Notes: a model not told the origin generated them from the sequence alone. 64,000 nucleotides of DNA from Octopus bimaculoides (GCF_001194135.2 NC_069000.1:40871483-40935482); one strand, 5' to 3'. Numbered from the stretch's first letter, positions 24,744 to 38,554 are shown. A program made the numbers and translations.

Positions 24744-24753
24744 CACTTCCTGG
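24744..24753 (-). promoter_or_regulatory. Ets-like motif (CCAGGAAGTG) just upstream of the PFDN2 start codon
   Basis: CACTTCCTGG on the plus strand about 30 nt upstream of the ATG; such motifs are common at housekeeping promoters. Function untested. Confidence 0.3.
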
Positions 24754-26197
24754 GCGCTGTTAAAATTGAGAGCGACACATTGAATTTGAAACAATAAAAA
24801 AGCTGCAGAAAAAACTGTACTAAAATAAATAAAATGTATTTAATATTGAATTAATTAAGTAATAAAAAATTACTTTTGAATTTAATTAATTTTCTTTTTA
24901 TTTTGCTTTTCTGCTTAAAAATTACTTGATAAGACTAATAGGCAATTGTATTTCGTTTCGTTAATAATTTGCATTTTTATAGATACCCACTTTTCTTTGT
25001 TCACTTTCTCGAATGCAAGCATGTATTCTTTTCTACTCTTGGCACAAGGCCTGAAATTTTTGGGGAGTGGGGGGCAGTCGATTAGATCGACACCAGTACG
25101 CAACTGGTACTTAATTTATCAACCCCGAAAGATGAAAGTCAAAGTCGACTTCGGCGGAATGAATGCAAGCATGTATTGCAACTGCAAAATGAGTGGAAAA
25201 TTACACCTGAACACGAAGTTTTAATATACTGGCTCTACATGAAAATAAAAACAAAATTGGTCAAACAGAATACATTTATTAGTATACCGTCATGCCATGT
25301 TCATTGCCTTTTTATAAAGTGAAAGTCAAAGGCATACACTAAGTTTTAGGCGTCGTAACGCTTTTATCAAACTTAGTAAGTTTTCTTGCATACCCACGGA
25401 TAGGGTTAACGTAGGTAATTTACACCGGTAGTAATAACGGATGTTCTTATCCCTTAGACGGTTACTCTAACTGCTAACTGTACTTACCTGTATATCTATG
25501 TGTGTGTGTGTGTATGTGTGCGTGTGTGGATGTATGTATACACGCATGTATAGATGTCTGGATGTATGTGTAAGTGGATGTATGTATGTGTGTATATATA
25601 AGTGACTAATTAAGGGCACACCATACCAGCTGTGAAAAATGAATAAAATGACCTCAAATCAATAGATTCACAAAGGCCATCTTTTGACAAGAACTCAACA
25701 ACTTTTTTGACCACTCCTAAAAGTATTCTATTTCTTTATTCCTGATAGTCTAATCTCTTCTCACTACCATTTTCAACTACTTTTTGTCTTCTTACCTTCC
25801 ATCTTTTTCCTTCTTTTCTTTCCTTTTTTTCTTCTTCCTTTTTCATACATGCTGTTGTCTTTAATTTTTGTGTTCTTTTATTATTTTTTAACTTTAATTT
25901 TTATACAAGTTTTAAATTTCTATATTTAAAAAAAATTTTCTATCTTTTATTTCCTGTTTTTGTTTTTTATTTGTATACTTGTAAGAAAAAGTCTTTTGCT
26001 ATATAAACAACCTTCAAAACAACAGAATTTCAGCTTGAAAACGGCGATCGAAAAACTCGAAACTCATCAGAGTTAACTGTAAACATTATCTTTAAAATAA
26101 AAATTACCCCCAACAAAACTATCTCTACTCATTTTTTCAAATATATTATACTCTGCCAAGAACCTTTTTTTTATTATTCCGTCCAGAATTCTGTTGC

Positions 26198-26296
26198 TCT
26201 TTTTAACTCCAGGAGGACACCTCCTCCAGCTGGTTTACAAGACACTACCTGTGTCGCTAACCGGCTGGAGCAGGTATTCTTCTGGGGTTAAAAAGA
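26198..26296. repeat. ~100-nt hairpin (38-bp arms)
   Basis: TCTTTTTAACTCCAGGAGGACACCTCCTCCAGCTGGTT mirrored by AACCGGCTGGAGCAGGTATTCTTCTGGGGTTAAAAAGA. Confidence 0.75.
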
Positions 26297-28185
26297 ATAG
26301 TAACAGTGTTCTGTACGGAACAACCACGTTGAGGTGCTAACAGCCATTACTTTTCAGTAGAGTTACTATTTGCCTCTCTTATAGAGATTTTAGGATAAGC
26401 TGCCTCGCTTGTTATATACATCCCAGAAAACTTTTGCCGACTTGCAACAAAACGTATATATTCACTTCCAGCAATAGAGAGCAGTCGCCATATTTCATTC
26501 CATAATGGCTACCTCTGATGAGCACAGTGTTATATAATCGGTCTGTTACCTAACACTACTTTAGGATGGACCATTTAATCTCGATCACATCTTTTATCCT
26601 TTCGAAGTCGATAAAACAAGCACCAGTCGAGTACTGGGGTTGATGCAATCGTTTTATTCTCTCCAACGAAGTTGCTAGCCTTGGGCCAAAATTTGAAGCC
26701 ATTATTACAAACATCATTATTGATTTTTTTTCTCATGTATTTACGTCACTATTGAAAGGTCGGTCAGTTGCTTTTGCTTTTAGAAAAAAAAATGGTTATT
26801 GTTGAATATCTTTTGTTTAATTGTTAACGCCAAAACCACTACGACGGCGACGACGATGACAAAAAGTATTCACACAGACAATGGTAAGACCGGGAGAAAC
26901 AAAAACAACATCAATGATTACACGAACAACAACAATGACGCCAGTGACAAAAGTAACAACGCAAAAACGGTTTTCACACGTTGCTAGCACTAAAAGAGAA
27001 ATGTTCTAGAACTTTAAAAGTAATGTTTGTATTGTTCATAGAAAACAAAACTGTGAAATGATACAAACCGAAAGCTTTGTTAAATCTGAGGAAAAGAAGG
27101 CAGCGGTAATGAAAAACTATTACAGATGTGTATCCCTTCGGAGCCAGCGGGTTGAACCTGCCACAAGGACATTCTGTAACACGATTTTTGTCCTTGGATA
27201 ACAACTGTCATTTCTTATTTGCTTACCCCTAACATGTATGGTAAATGGTTAATATTTCCTTCAAACTTTACTTTTGTTACATTTATTCGATTCTCAAAGA
27301 GTCCCTCTTAACAAGGCTATGATGTTCCCCACTGCTTCTGCTCATGATCTGAGATGAACATATTGTCAGTTAGTAAGGGACAGAGCCCAACTGCCTAAAG
27401 TCGGGAAACTGATAAGCAAATCTGTGGTATTCAGCAGAATATTTGATTTAATGATATTTCTGCTTCAGTAACTAAGCGCTGACTATCTGAATTGTAATGG
27501 AAAACAAGTGATTTTGCTTTCTGATTCAAGTGATTTTGCTTATACTTTTTATTAATATTTTTATTTGTTTACTTGTTTTAATCTCTACTATAATTTTAAA
27601 ATTTACTAATATCTTTAGGCTTACTTCAATTTTATTCTACGTTAATTACTTGCAATTTCTTATTCTTGACATAGTTTGTTTAATTTTTCACTTGTACCTA
27701 CTTCATACTTTAATATAAAGTGATTCGATTCGACAACTGTTTATATATATTTTTTCCATCACGGTCTATCCTGCTGTGGCACAATCGATATTTTCTATAA
27801 CTAGAGGCATATTCATCTCATTCATTAAGTTGATATTCATTAGCTCCGATCAGAAACGACATATACTAAGCGAAATGTAAAGTGAGTAATGAATGCTAGC
27901 CTTCCTGTCAATATTGCTTTTATCCTCCAGCTAGTGTGTTGTAAGCTCCCATGCATAAATTGTTTATGGGACGATGGTTATATGGCTCCAGAATTATTTT
28001 TCAGTTGGTTAGTCCAGTTACAGACGAGTTGTTATTGAGCAACCACAAGACATATTTGATAGGGATCTCATACAGTACGTTTTCGTTTTATAAGTAGTAG
28101 TTAAAATGGTTGTGCGGTATGAAATCTTTTGTCGTTGAAATCATCATGTATTTTTAATATTTCATTCGTGAATAGTGAGTTAGCA

Positions 28186-28435
28186 GTGGAGGCGCAATGG
28201 CCCAGTGGTTAGGGCAGCGGACTCGCAGTCATAGGATCGCGGTTTCGATTCCCAGATCGGGCGTTGTGAGTGTTTATAGAGCGAAAACACCTAAAGCTCC
28301 ACGAGGCTCCGGCAAGGGATAGTGGCGAACCCTGCTGTACTCTTTCACCACAACTTTCTCTCACTCTTACTTCCTGTTTCTGTTGTGCCTGTAATTCAAA
28401 GGGTCAGCCTTGTCACACTGTGTCACGCTGAATAT
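28186..28435 (+). mobile_element. SINE family A, 3' end runs into gap
   Basis: Same head and body as 8372-8756. Confidence 0.85.
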
Positions 28436-29085
28436 NNNNNNNNNNNNNNNNNNNNNNNNNNNNNNNNNNNNNNNNNNNNNNNNNNNNNNNNNNNNNNNNN
28501 NNNNNNNNNNNNNNNNNNNNNNNNNNNNNNNNNNNNNNNNNNNNNNNNNNNNNNNNNNNNNNNNNNNNNNNNNNNNNNNNNNNNNNNNNNNNNNNNNNNN
28601 NNNNNNNNNNNNNNNNNNNNNNNNNNNNNNNNNNNNNNNNNNNNNNNNNNNNNNNNNNNNNNNNNNNNNNNNNNNNNNNNNNNNNNNNNNNNNNNNNNNN
28701 NNNNNNNNNNNNNNNNNNNNNNNNNNNNNNNNNNNNNNNNNNNNNNNNNNNNNNNNNNNNNNNNNNNNNNNNNNNNNNNNNNNNNNNNNNNNNNNNNNNN
28801 NNNNNNNNNNNNNNNNNNNNNNNNNNNNNNNNNNNNNNNNNNNNNNNNNNNNNNNNNNNNNNNNNNNNNNNNNNNNNNNNNNNNNNNNNNNNNNNNNNNN
28901 NNNNNNNNNNNNNNNNNNNNNNNNNNNNNNNNNNNNNNNNNNNNNNNNNNNNNNNNNNNNNNNNNNNNNNNNNNNNNNNNNNNNNNNNNNNNNNNNNNNN
29001 NNNNNNNNNNNNNNNNNNNNNNNNNNNNNNNNNNNNNNATCTCCATACCTTCGTTTTATTTGCTTTTTTCATTTTAAATTTGCTT

Positions 29086-29129
29086 TAACCCTAACCCTAA
29101 CCCTAACCCTAGGGTTAGGGTTAGGGTTA
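29086..29129. repeat. Inverted telomere-like hexamer palindrome (TAACCC)4-T-(AGGGTT)3
   Basis: Read directly; 38-bp perfect palindrome at 29092-29129. Confidence 0.9.
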
Positions 29130-29429
29130 ATTGTTTCAGAATCGTTTGTTTATGTAGTCGGCACTTAATGTATATCGGCTGAATGGACGTCAGTGATTGG
29201 TTGAAATTACAGAAATACGACAACTTTCACATGGAATAACTTAGGGATTTCTTTTTTTTTTAAGAAGTCTAAGAGAAAAAGATGTTTTATATGACACATT
29301 CTACCAGTGTTCCAAGTTTCAAAGTGTTTCGTTAATGAAAAATGTGGCCCCCGATTTAAAAAAGATCCCATTTAGGTTTGTGATGTTTGGGTTAGTTACA
29401 TCTGGGTTAAATATATCTGGTTAGTCATC

Positions 29430-30380
29430 ACCCCGGCCTGGCCTTTCAAGAACAGCTTCCCCATATCCAATTTCTGGGTGAAGCTTGCCATCTTTCTTGT
29501 AAATCGTTTTCTGCTCCTATTAACATGGAAGTTCGGACCAAACTGGATCCTTAACAGTTTATCTGGTGTCTATTCAGCGATCCACGACACTGTCTGATGA
29601 CATAGACTTATTTATCTAGGTGCTAAACTGTAACCCCCCCACTTGATCTTTGTTCCTGCCATTGTCTCGTATTCCTTTAGAATGGAGCCGACCACCACTT
29701 TAGTTGTCGTTTTACTGTCTCAATAAACCAGTCCCAGCAGTCTTTGTGCCTCTGGAAAGATGCATTCAACTTTCAGTCGACCTTGTAAATCACAAATTTG
29801 TGGTCTGAGTAGCCAACCATTTAAAATTGTAGACACTATATCTGTTACCTTGTAAAACACTTTATTGAGTCACGATCTAGATAAACCTCTGTGTTTACTC
29901 CATGTCCACCTAGCGCATTCGGAAAATTCAGCTCTGACCTATCAGACAGACAACAGGCTTTTGAGGCTTGTTCTTACACCCACTTCTATTGGTTAAACTT
30001 ACACAACTATATCGTGCGTTTAAAATTCAATTCCACTCCCTCATTTGTACTAATGAGCCGAACGTTCCCAAGAAATTTTCTAAAATGTAAAGAAATATCT
30101 GTCCGTTTTGCTCCTGTTTTACTGTTGTTCATATCGAGTGCCACCGATGTACTGCCTACTTCCTGGACGATTGTCTGTACCTCTAGATGTAGTTCTTTCC
30201 GGAATATCACTGCCAATCCCATCAAGTCACAAGAGAAGCATGTCTTGTAGCCTTTAAAAATGGGTTTAAGTATGTGCCTTCCGGAAATTCTGATTTCTGT
30301 AATGGCTACCACATCCATATCTTCTGACCTTGTTTTCAAACTTACCCTAGATTATGTATATTTGCACATCTTACCCAAAG
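29430..30380 (-). mobile_element. Degraded L1/Tx1-type APE endonuclease fragment
   Basis: DVVAITE motif and a downstream YLDR motif on the minus strand; many stops and frameshifts. Confidence 0.55.
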
Positions 30381-30930
30381 TTAAACTGTTTGTCGGAGAA
30401 AATGCAAGAAGTTACTCTAGTTGTTGCTGTACCTGTTTGCTCTGTTTTGTTACTTTTGAAGTCCGTGTTGTTTCGGTGCTTGTGCCAATGCGTGACTATC
30501 TAGTGAGGTTTCTCTTATTTCGTTCTCTTAATTCTTGTTTGTTTCTTGTGGTGGTTCTGTGACTTTTGCTATTTCTTTTTAGGCTCCCCGAGTGACAATT
30601 TGAAACTCCTTAGTATCCTTCTTTTTCTCTTCACCATTTGACGAGGAATGGGTGGGGGTAAGGTGTTTCTCTGCTGTTGTTGCCACTTTTTTTGATGTAG
30701 TTATGGCAGAAGTAGTAAATGTTCTTTTATTTATATTGTCAGCGAACAAAGTTGTACTTTACACAACTATAGCATATGCCTTTCGTATCTTCTACCAACA
30801 CTCTTAACTAGGTCTTTATTTTCGTGTTCAGTTTGTACAGCCTTTCTTTGTATATTTACTGAAGTGATTAGCATCCATCTCTGTACATTATGTAAGACCG
30901 GTTTTTGTGCGAATTTTTCTCATATTAATA

Positions 30931-30970
<40 letters not shown>

Positions 30971-33076
30971 GCACACACACACACTTGTATTGATAAATGA
31001 GTGTAATGTGCGTAGCTTGTGTGGTTTCCTATTTCATAAGTTGTGTATAAAATCATTTTGACTCGAATGTGAGAACTATCGTAAAAATTAAGTACACACA
31101 GATTATAACGAATTAAGGCTGAAAGGAAAACGAACAACAAAAAATAGAAAACAAACGCCGAATGATATTTTGTCTGATGTTACTTAACTTCACATGTTCT
31201 GAACACATGCTTTACCTGTCCCAGGTTTTCTGTTTGTTTTATGTACAGAATTTGTGGCGCCATGTGTAGAAGTGTGGATTTCTATTTTTTCCGGTTTAGG
31301 CATAAGAGGTTGATAGCACAAAATCCGTAGAAATTGATAATGCCTGATATGTTATTTAATCCCAGGTCAGCTCTGATGGAACAGACCTACGGTCTTCGAA
31401 AGCATTCTAGCCGTGACTATTGCGTATATTTGCACATCAGGAACTAAACTGTTCAGCGTCTTTCTTCTTCTTTTAACAGCAGCGAAAGATTGCAGGTGAA
31501 CACCAGGTAACCACCTGTTGGATATATATATCCAGACTTCCGATCGTATATATCAAAATCATGCATATCAAGACGTTATAAACATCAATCCAGTCATAGG
31601 TCCTATTATCTATTCAATTATCGATCCAAAATATGTTCTGTATCCATGTCTTGTTATTATAACAAAGGCTTATGCTCTGTTCGACGTGAACCTACAAAAT
31701 TTTAGTACCTCCATTAACACCCATTAGATCTCCTTTAACAACCACCGTTGTCTTCCTATAGATAGACTTGCTACTGCAGGGAGGGGCTGGGTACACAGCT
31801 AGCCCAATTAGGACTTTCCTAACGGAAATGTCTATCTAAGATACGACCAGATGCCATCAGCCTATGTAGTCTGGTCTACTGTCCAATTCATAACATGGAT
31901 GAATACTTGCACACATACATAGTTATCAGATAGATTACATTAAATACAGCAGATATTACATAAACAGCACAATTCAACACTTGCAAATCTGAAACTAAAA
32001 GCACCCCCACACAAGTGTTACATAAGTCAAAAAACCGCTAGGTAAGCACTGAAGTTACCTAATAATCACAGTTACTAGCAGATCTGCAGATGGAAATATT
32101 GGAAACTTGCAAATTAAAAAAAGCCATTTTATCAAACAATGCAAATTCAACAACAACAATCGACAAGAACTGAAAGAACTTGATTACTATTACCTATTAC
32201 CGACCGCTGCTCAACGTATTTTACGAGTTTCCTTTCTCCACATTTAGTTCGCAGTCTTACTCATACTTGAAATTTCATCAAATGTCATCGTTTTTCTTTT
32301 CACCCGAATTATAACATTAAATATTTTATGGTAAAAGTGAAACATTTCTAATAAAAATCTAAAGCCAATGCCGGGACTTACTCAATAACTATAATACATA
32401 CATACATATATACATACATATTCTATGTAATAAAATTCTGTCTGTCTATTCCCAATGCACTCTCAAACGGCTTCACCAAATCAAATCAAATTTTACAAGG
32501 TAAATAGTATTACACCCCACGAGTGTCAACATGTAATTTTTTTCCATTTCGATTAAAACGATGTAACATTTTACAGATAATCTTTCTATAGTCAAATATA
32601 GTACAGGATATTTTATACCACGACGATAACGACAACATCACATTTTGTATATGAGTGTGTATGTGTCTGTGAGTGTACGTGAGTAAGTTTATGAGTGTGT
32701 ATGTGCTTGTGAGTATGTGGATGTTTCCGCGTTAGGTACGTTACTCAACATACACTTACACATACATATACATATGCGACGACTGATATGTGTGAATGTA
32801 TGTCTGTGTGTATCTCTTCTACTATATACTGAATTTGTGAAAATGTCTAGATATTCACTACATGTACGATTTAATTCTAAGAGATGAATCTTTGATTTAT
32901 TCTTTAAGTAACCTAACCCGATGTATATTAATATTGATCTCATTTGGCCGATATAATTCTTATTGCATTAAGAGCATATGATGCAACAAACGAGATATTT
33001 TGCTTTGCAGCTCATATTTGCATTTACCTTTAATTCCTTCCCATTTTCGAACTATTTGTTTGTTTCCTGTTCAGTA

Positions 33077-34098
33077 AGTTCACACGTCAGACAACGAAGG
33101 ACTCCACACTTTGTTATCCTGTGGAAGGGATAGGTACCGCTTGTCAACACCCGTTACGTAGAGGACTGGGCATGCCGTGGCGTGCGCTGAGGGTGCGATA
33201 TCTCCAGCGATACCTTAACGGTGAGGAGGTGCGATCACCGTTTGTTGAACGCGCTTTTCTGCAGCTCGTCTCCTTGACGGGGCTACAGTCCTGGGTCAGG
33301 CGTAGACCGAGATAGGGCGCTTGGCACCTAGAGTGTCTCCGAGCGCTCATAGCACCGGTTCGAGATAAGCTCTACAGGCACGGGTGTGCAGTCAGTTGAG
33401 CTCATCCGAGATGCATGCGGAGTGATGAAACCGTTCTGCATGCTCTCGTACAGTGTCCGCGCATTGTTGACTTGTGGAGCTTTGTTGAACAGTTATTGTC
33501 GCGTGTTGAACGGAAGCGGCTATCGTCCGAGTCCATTGTGAAGATCAGCCCACTGTCTTCCTTTGACCAGGAAGGGAGGGCAATTTTTCTCTGTCTGGTG
33601 GCTATGGCAAAAGAGGTTGTATGGTGGAGGCGATTGAAAGGGCTGAAGACGGGTACCTTCCTTTCCAGTCAAGACCTCATTGACTTTTTTCAGGTTCCAT
33701 CTGAAAAGGAAAGTGAGGCTGGAGAGGAAGGTACTGTCATCCAGCAAGTTCGTTGAATGGTGGATGAATGTGGCAAGAATGACCCGCGTAAATGGGCCTG
33801 ATCTAAATGTGCGCCTGTAGGCCGGATAGAAGGGAGAAGAAAGGGCGCCTGTAGGCCGGATAGAAGGGAGAAGAAAGGGCGCCTTCCTGAGGAGCCGTTG
33901 GTGTTAAGGGGTCCAAAGTGCGTGAAGTCTCTTTGGTCACCTTGCGGCGGAACTCCACCCTATTGGGGAAGCATATTGTTGATTTAATCTCTTTGTTAAT
34001 CATTGTGTTTCTTGGCTGTTTACACGTTTAACCTCACTGAACCGCATCTGTGTATCGTCCTCTATTCTTTGTGTTCGGCCCTGGTGGCCAATAAAGAA

Positions 34099-34099
<1 letters not shown>
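33077..34099 (+). mobile_element. Tx1/L1-clade LINE 3' fragment (frameshifted ORF2 end with Cys/His knuckle, 3' UTR, (ATT)n tail)
   Basis: PLRRGLGMPW and ETVLHALVQC motifs; FFRFHLKRKVRLER...W C-terminus; AATAAA immediately before (ATT)n. Confidence 0.82.
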
Positions 34100-34175
<76 letters not shown>

Positions 34176-34183
34176 GGTAGTAA
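34100..34183. repeat. (ATT)n microsatellite (others: 34926-34961, compound ATT/GTT 46820-46957, ATT/ACT 47621-47731, AAT 60086-60133)
   Basis: Read directly. Confidence 0.95.
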
Positions 34184-34355
34184 GCTGATAGAATCGTTAG
34201 CACGCTGGACGAAATGCTTAACGGTATTTCGCCTGTCGCTAACGTTCTGAGTTCAAATTCCGTCGAGGTCGACTTTATCTTTCATCCTTTCGGGGTCGAT
34301 GCGATCGACTTACCTTTCCCTAAAATTTCAGGCCTTGTGATTACAGTAGAAAGGA
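34184..34355 (+). mobile_element. tRNA-derived SINE family D with (ATT)n tail (other copies: + 46632-46820, 47500-47620, 47733-48220, 48238-48450; - 15020-15120, 25020-25170, 35290-35430, 56280-56400, 57400-57612, 58330-58550)
   Basis: Head GAATCGTTAGCACG...GAGTTCAAATTCC and central CTTTCATCCTTTCGGGGTCGAT domain repeated throughout the window. Confidence 0.85.
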
Positions 34356-34369
34356 TTATTATTATTATT

Positions 34370-34923
34370 GAGTGAGAGAGCAGTGCATGCCATCAAAGTG
34401 ACACGGGGGTAAAATATACGAAGCCCATTATACCCATCATGACTACCCGTCTGATAAGAGTACACCAGGCACATGCATCACAACCATATGTGCGCGGTAT
34501 GGTGATCTCATATCAAGATTAACAGCGCATGACCTTGAAGGTGGGACCCAGTTAGAATTTTCTTCAGGTCGAGTAGCCCATCCCGCTCAAAAGGTCCCTG
34601 AATAAGGTTTGTTTAAGAATGTTGAGCAAAACACCCATGTTTCCAAAGGTGAATTATTCAAACCCCAAAGAATTCCTCTCAACACATGGCTATGATGCTC
34701 CGCCACTACTTCTGCTCATGATCAGAGATGCACATATCGTCAGCTTCTAAGGGACATGCTCAACTGGTTAAGGTCAAACAACTGACAAGCAAATCTGTGG
34801 TATTGAGCAGAATATTTGCTGTAGCCCATCTTTTATACCAAGACAAAACAGTGTACATGATAACACTTCCAATCAATTAAGATCAGAAGCCATGAGAGTC
34901 ACTGCCTAGTACTGCATCCAGGC

Positions 34924-34925
<2 letters not shown>
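34370..34925. repeat. ~560-bp interspersed repeat family F, flanked by (ATT)n
   Basis: Highly similar to 46958-47500 (same strand), 60135-60690 (inverted) and partial 27295-27450; no ORF or tRNA head recognised. Confidence 0.85.
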
Positions 34926-34962
<37 letters not shown>

Positions 34963-35964
34963 GAAGGTGATGGATTGAAAGAAACGTTAGCGCGTTGGGT
35001 AAAATACCTGACATTGCGTCTTCTGCTCTTTACGTACAATGCTCGAATCCAGCTGAAGACATCGTTGCCTTTCATCCTTCCGGAGACGATAAAATAGGGC
35101 CAACCCCTGCGGTTAATGGTACCATCTAAACTCCTCCCCTTCAAATTCTGTCTACGTCGATTTTGTTTTTCATTCTTTCAGGATCGATACATTAATTACA
35201 GGGGTCGATATTATCGGCTGACTATTTACCAGTATTTCAGGCCTCGTGCCTATAATATGAGTGTTTATTGTTATTATTGTTTAAAATTTTGGCACTAAAC
35301 CGCAATTTAAGGTCTAGTGGGTTAGCAGATTACATCGAACCCAATATTTGACTGGTGATTTATTTTATCAAACCCGAAAAGATGAAAGGCAGAGGTAACA
35401 TCGGTAGAGTTTGAACTCAGAGCGTAAAGAACCATCAGAAATGTAAATTATATCTAAAATAGTCTTAAAACGAAATTATAATGACAATTGCAGCTCATTT
35501 ATATGCAGCACGTATTTCAACACGTGTTTTTTTCTGATTCTCAGCGCATCATATTCTATTTCCTTTTGTTTTAATGTGAAAACAACTTTTGTTTCTCCCT
35601 TTTTTTTTTACGTGAATTGATTTTGGAAACAAACACGTTTTAATTTGATCACGTGTTGTTTCATTAACGGGTAGGGAAGACCCATTACATTTCGCACAAC
35701 TTCCGATGTAGTTTATACGCAAGTCTTCCCCTAACCAGATATGTTATGTAAACATACATAATACATACATACGCACACGCATATATATATACACACCCCA
35801 CCACACTCATACATACATTCATGAGTACTCTGGGACTTTGGTTAGGTATATAGCATTAATGAATCATTATGCATGCCAAGAAAACACGTTTTTTGTCAAA
35901 AACACAAACGCTGCGTTAAAAAAAGAAACCTCTGCTTGATTCCTTTTATATTTTTTTCTTTTTT

Positions 35965-36148
35965 TTCTTTTTACTTGTTTCAGTCATTTGACTGCGGCCA
36001 TGCCGGAGCACCACCTTTTTTTAGTCGAGCAAATCGACCCAGGACGTATTCTTTGTAAGCCTAGTACTTATTCTATCGGTCTCTTTTTTTCCCAACCGCT
36101 AAGTTACACACCAGCATCGCATGTCAAGCGATGTTGGGCGACAAACAA

Positions 36149-36181
<33 letters not shown>

Positions 36182-36335
36182 CGACGAGCTTCTTTCAGTT
36201 TCCGTTTACCAAATCCATTCACAAGGCTTTGGTCGGCCCGAGGCTATAGTAGAAGACACTTGCCCAAGGTGCCACGCAGTGGGACGGAACCTGGAACCAT
36301 GTGGTTGGTAAGCAGCTACTTACGACACAGCCACT
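35965..36335 (-). mobile_element. SINE family B
   Basis: Reverse complement of family B, near full length. Confidence 0.88.
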
Positions 36336-38506
36336 CATCTTTAGAATTAATTAACGAGCTTAGATATAGTTCTAGGACGAACTAATCCTACCGTGGCGAT
36401 AGCCACAGACTAATTTGAAAACGGTTGGACCAGCGCTTTCTACAATTTCATCTTTAAAATAACAATAAACAGAAACATGAATACAGTTAACTTTCTAGAC
36501 ATTACATTAACCCTAAACACACACATGCACAAAATATATAAGAAACCAAAAGAAATTCTCGTGTACTGACAAAAATTTCAGATAGCCGCTTGAAGTTTCC
36601 AAAAACCTAACATTATTATGGCTTCTAATCAGCCTTGTCTATTCTGTGCCTGCTTCAGCCTCCAGTTAAGTAAGCAAGATCTTTTTATTCTGGTATCATG
36701 GACTGTCCATTTTACTGCTGCACAAGTTAGCTGATCTTGCTACGACCGGAGCACGCGTCCCAACCATCTCTCTATACTCTTCATCTATATATAGCACATT
36801 TGCTATATTTAGACCCGATTCATTTCTCACAAAACCATATCCTTTAAATGCTAATGATTAGCTATAGTTTCCTTGCTAAGCATGACTCTTTCCAGTTTAT
36901 AAAAACTAATTCTTTTTTTTTACAAGTGACATATACTGTTTAGCTTTAGCCTGAAATGCCAAGCTATGTAATTTCCACACACTTGAAAGCATCCCTTTTT
37001 TCTTGATTTGCGAATCTAAAGACTCATTCCTATGACAGTTCTGAAATATCTAAACTTGTTTGACTCTTCTGGTGTTTGCTTACTCAGTGACACATTTCCG
37101 CAATTCATCTGCCGAGTCTTCATAATTTTAGTTTTATTGGTACTGTTGTGTCGACGCCTCCAAGCGAAGATGTAGGATCACCCAAGTCATATAAATAGAG
37201 GTAGTCTAGCCGTGGTAGAGGAGTTGAGTGACAGTTGAGTAGCCGCCGAGTAGCGGTTGAGTAGAGATCATCCGAAGGTGCTAGATAGCAGTAGCTTGAG
37301 ACATAACAGGTACTTATATTTAAGCCCATACCGTTACTTTTTCATTAATTTTGAATATAATTCTTTGCATTCTTGACGTTTCAGTCCTAAGCCAAACCTG
37401 TCACCAGCTTAATCGAAGTCTGCCATATGATTTCCACAAATCGTTTAAATTCCTTTTCTTCCACCTTCGACTGTTCCCTTCATGTCATAACAAAGACAAC
37501 AAACAAAATGTAATATGCAGTTACGATGTATGTAAACGAACAAAGTTTGCTTTTTTTATAAAGCGTTGAGATGGATAGAAATATACATGGAGTACTTCAC
37601 TCCTAACTCCAAATAATTTTGGGAGTTTACTGTTTACGCTTCTTAACATTTATTTCCTCGATGTATTGTCCACATTAAATTGATCCCTAGTATGGTGACA
37701 GTGTTCCTTTAGTGGTCCAATCGACAAATGGAAAAGATTCTGGACAATAAGCAACATCTATGCAGACGCATGCTTATGCACTATATACACTATAACGTTC
37801 GAAAACCACATGTTAATCCTTTTATGAATGAGAAGACATCGCATGCAAGTTTTTAGTTCAGAGAAAGATATTTAACTATGTTTTGTCCAACCCATTATTA
37901 TCGTCTCCTCCGATCAGGTTGCCTTCAGATACACCTCAAGATGGTCAATAGTAAGCAGGAAATTTTGTGAGGTAAAAAATGTCATACGTGAGTGAATGTG
38001 TTTTGTTTGTAATGAGTGGTTAATCGGTGATATTTAACCGTAAGTTCAGTCCCATGAATTTTCAGCAATTGTGAGAGAAACAAGTTTTAATTACGAAGCT
38101 TTTTAGATATGTGTATGTCTGTTATGCAAGAATAACTTAAGTGTTTAACTTTATGTGTGTGTGTGTGTGTGTGTACGTGTTGTCGTGGGTGGTTGGGTTG
38201 TCTAAGTAGATTTGATAAAAGATTAAGAAATGCTATTGCATAAAGATGCTGGTATGTGCGCTGCGCTGTGTTGGCTCTGAGTGTACAGCGGAGTGTAAAT
38301 GGTGAGTTTTCTAATTGAGAGAGAAAAAAAAGCAGAGTTTGTTCATTTGGAATGGTGATTTGTTGGGTAGCTGGCCTTTGCTGATGGAAGTATTTTCTGA
38401 TTGTGTAGGAAAGATTTGATTTTATGGATACATATGGTGAATAACTCTTTTCCGTAATTTAGGTAGTTTTGGTTCTTTGAGTTGAATGGGAAGTGCGTTC
38501 ACTCTG

Positions 38507-38554
<48 letters not shown>

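Noticed and set aside
29086-29129. Chromosome-fusion scar
   Set aside because: The orientation is CCCTAA then TTAGGG, opposite to a fusion, and the tract is very short.
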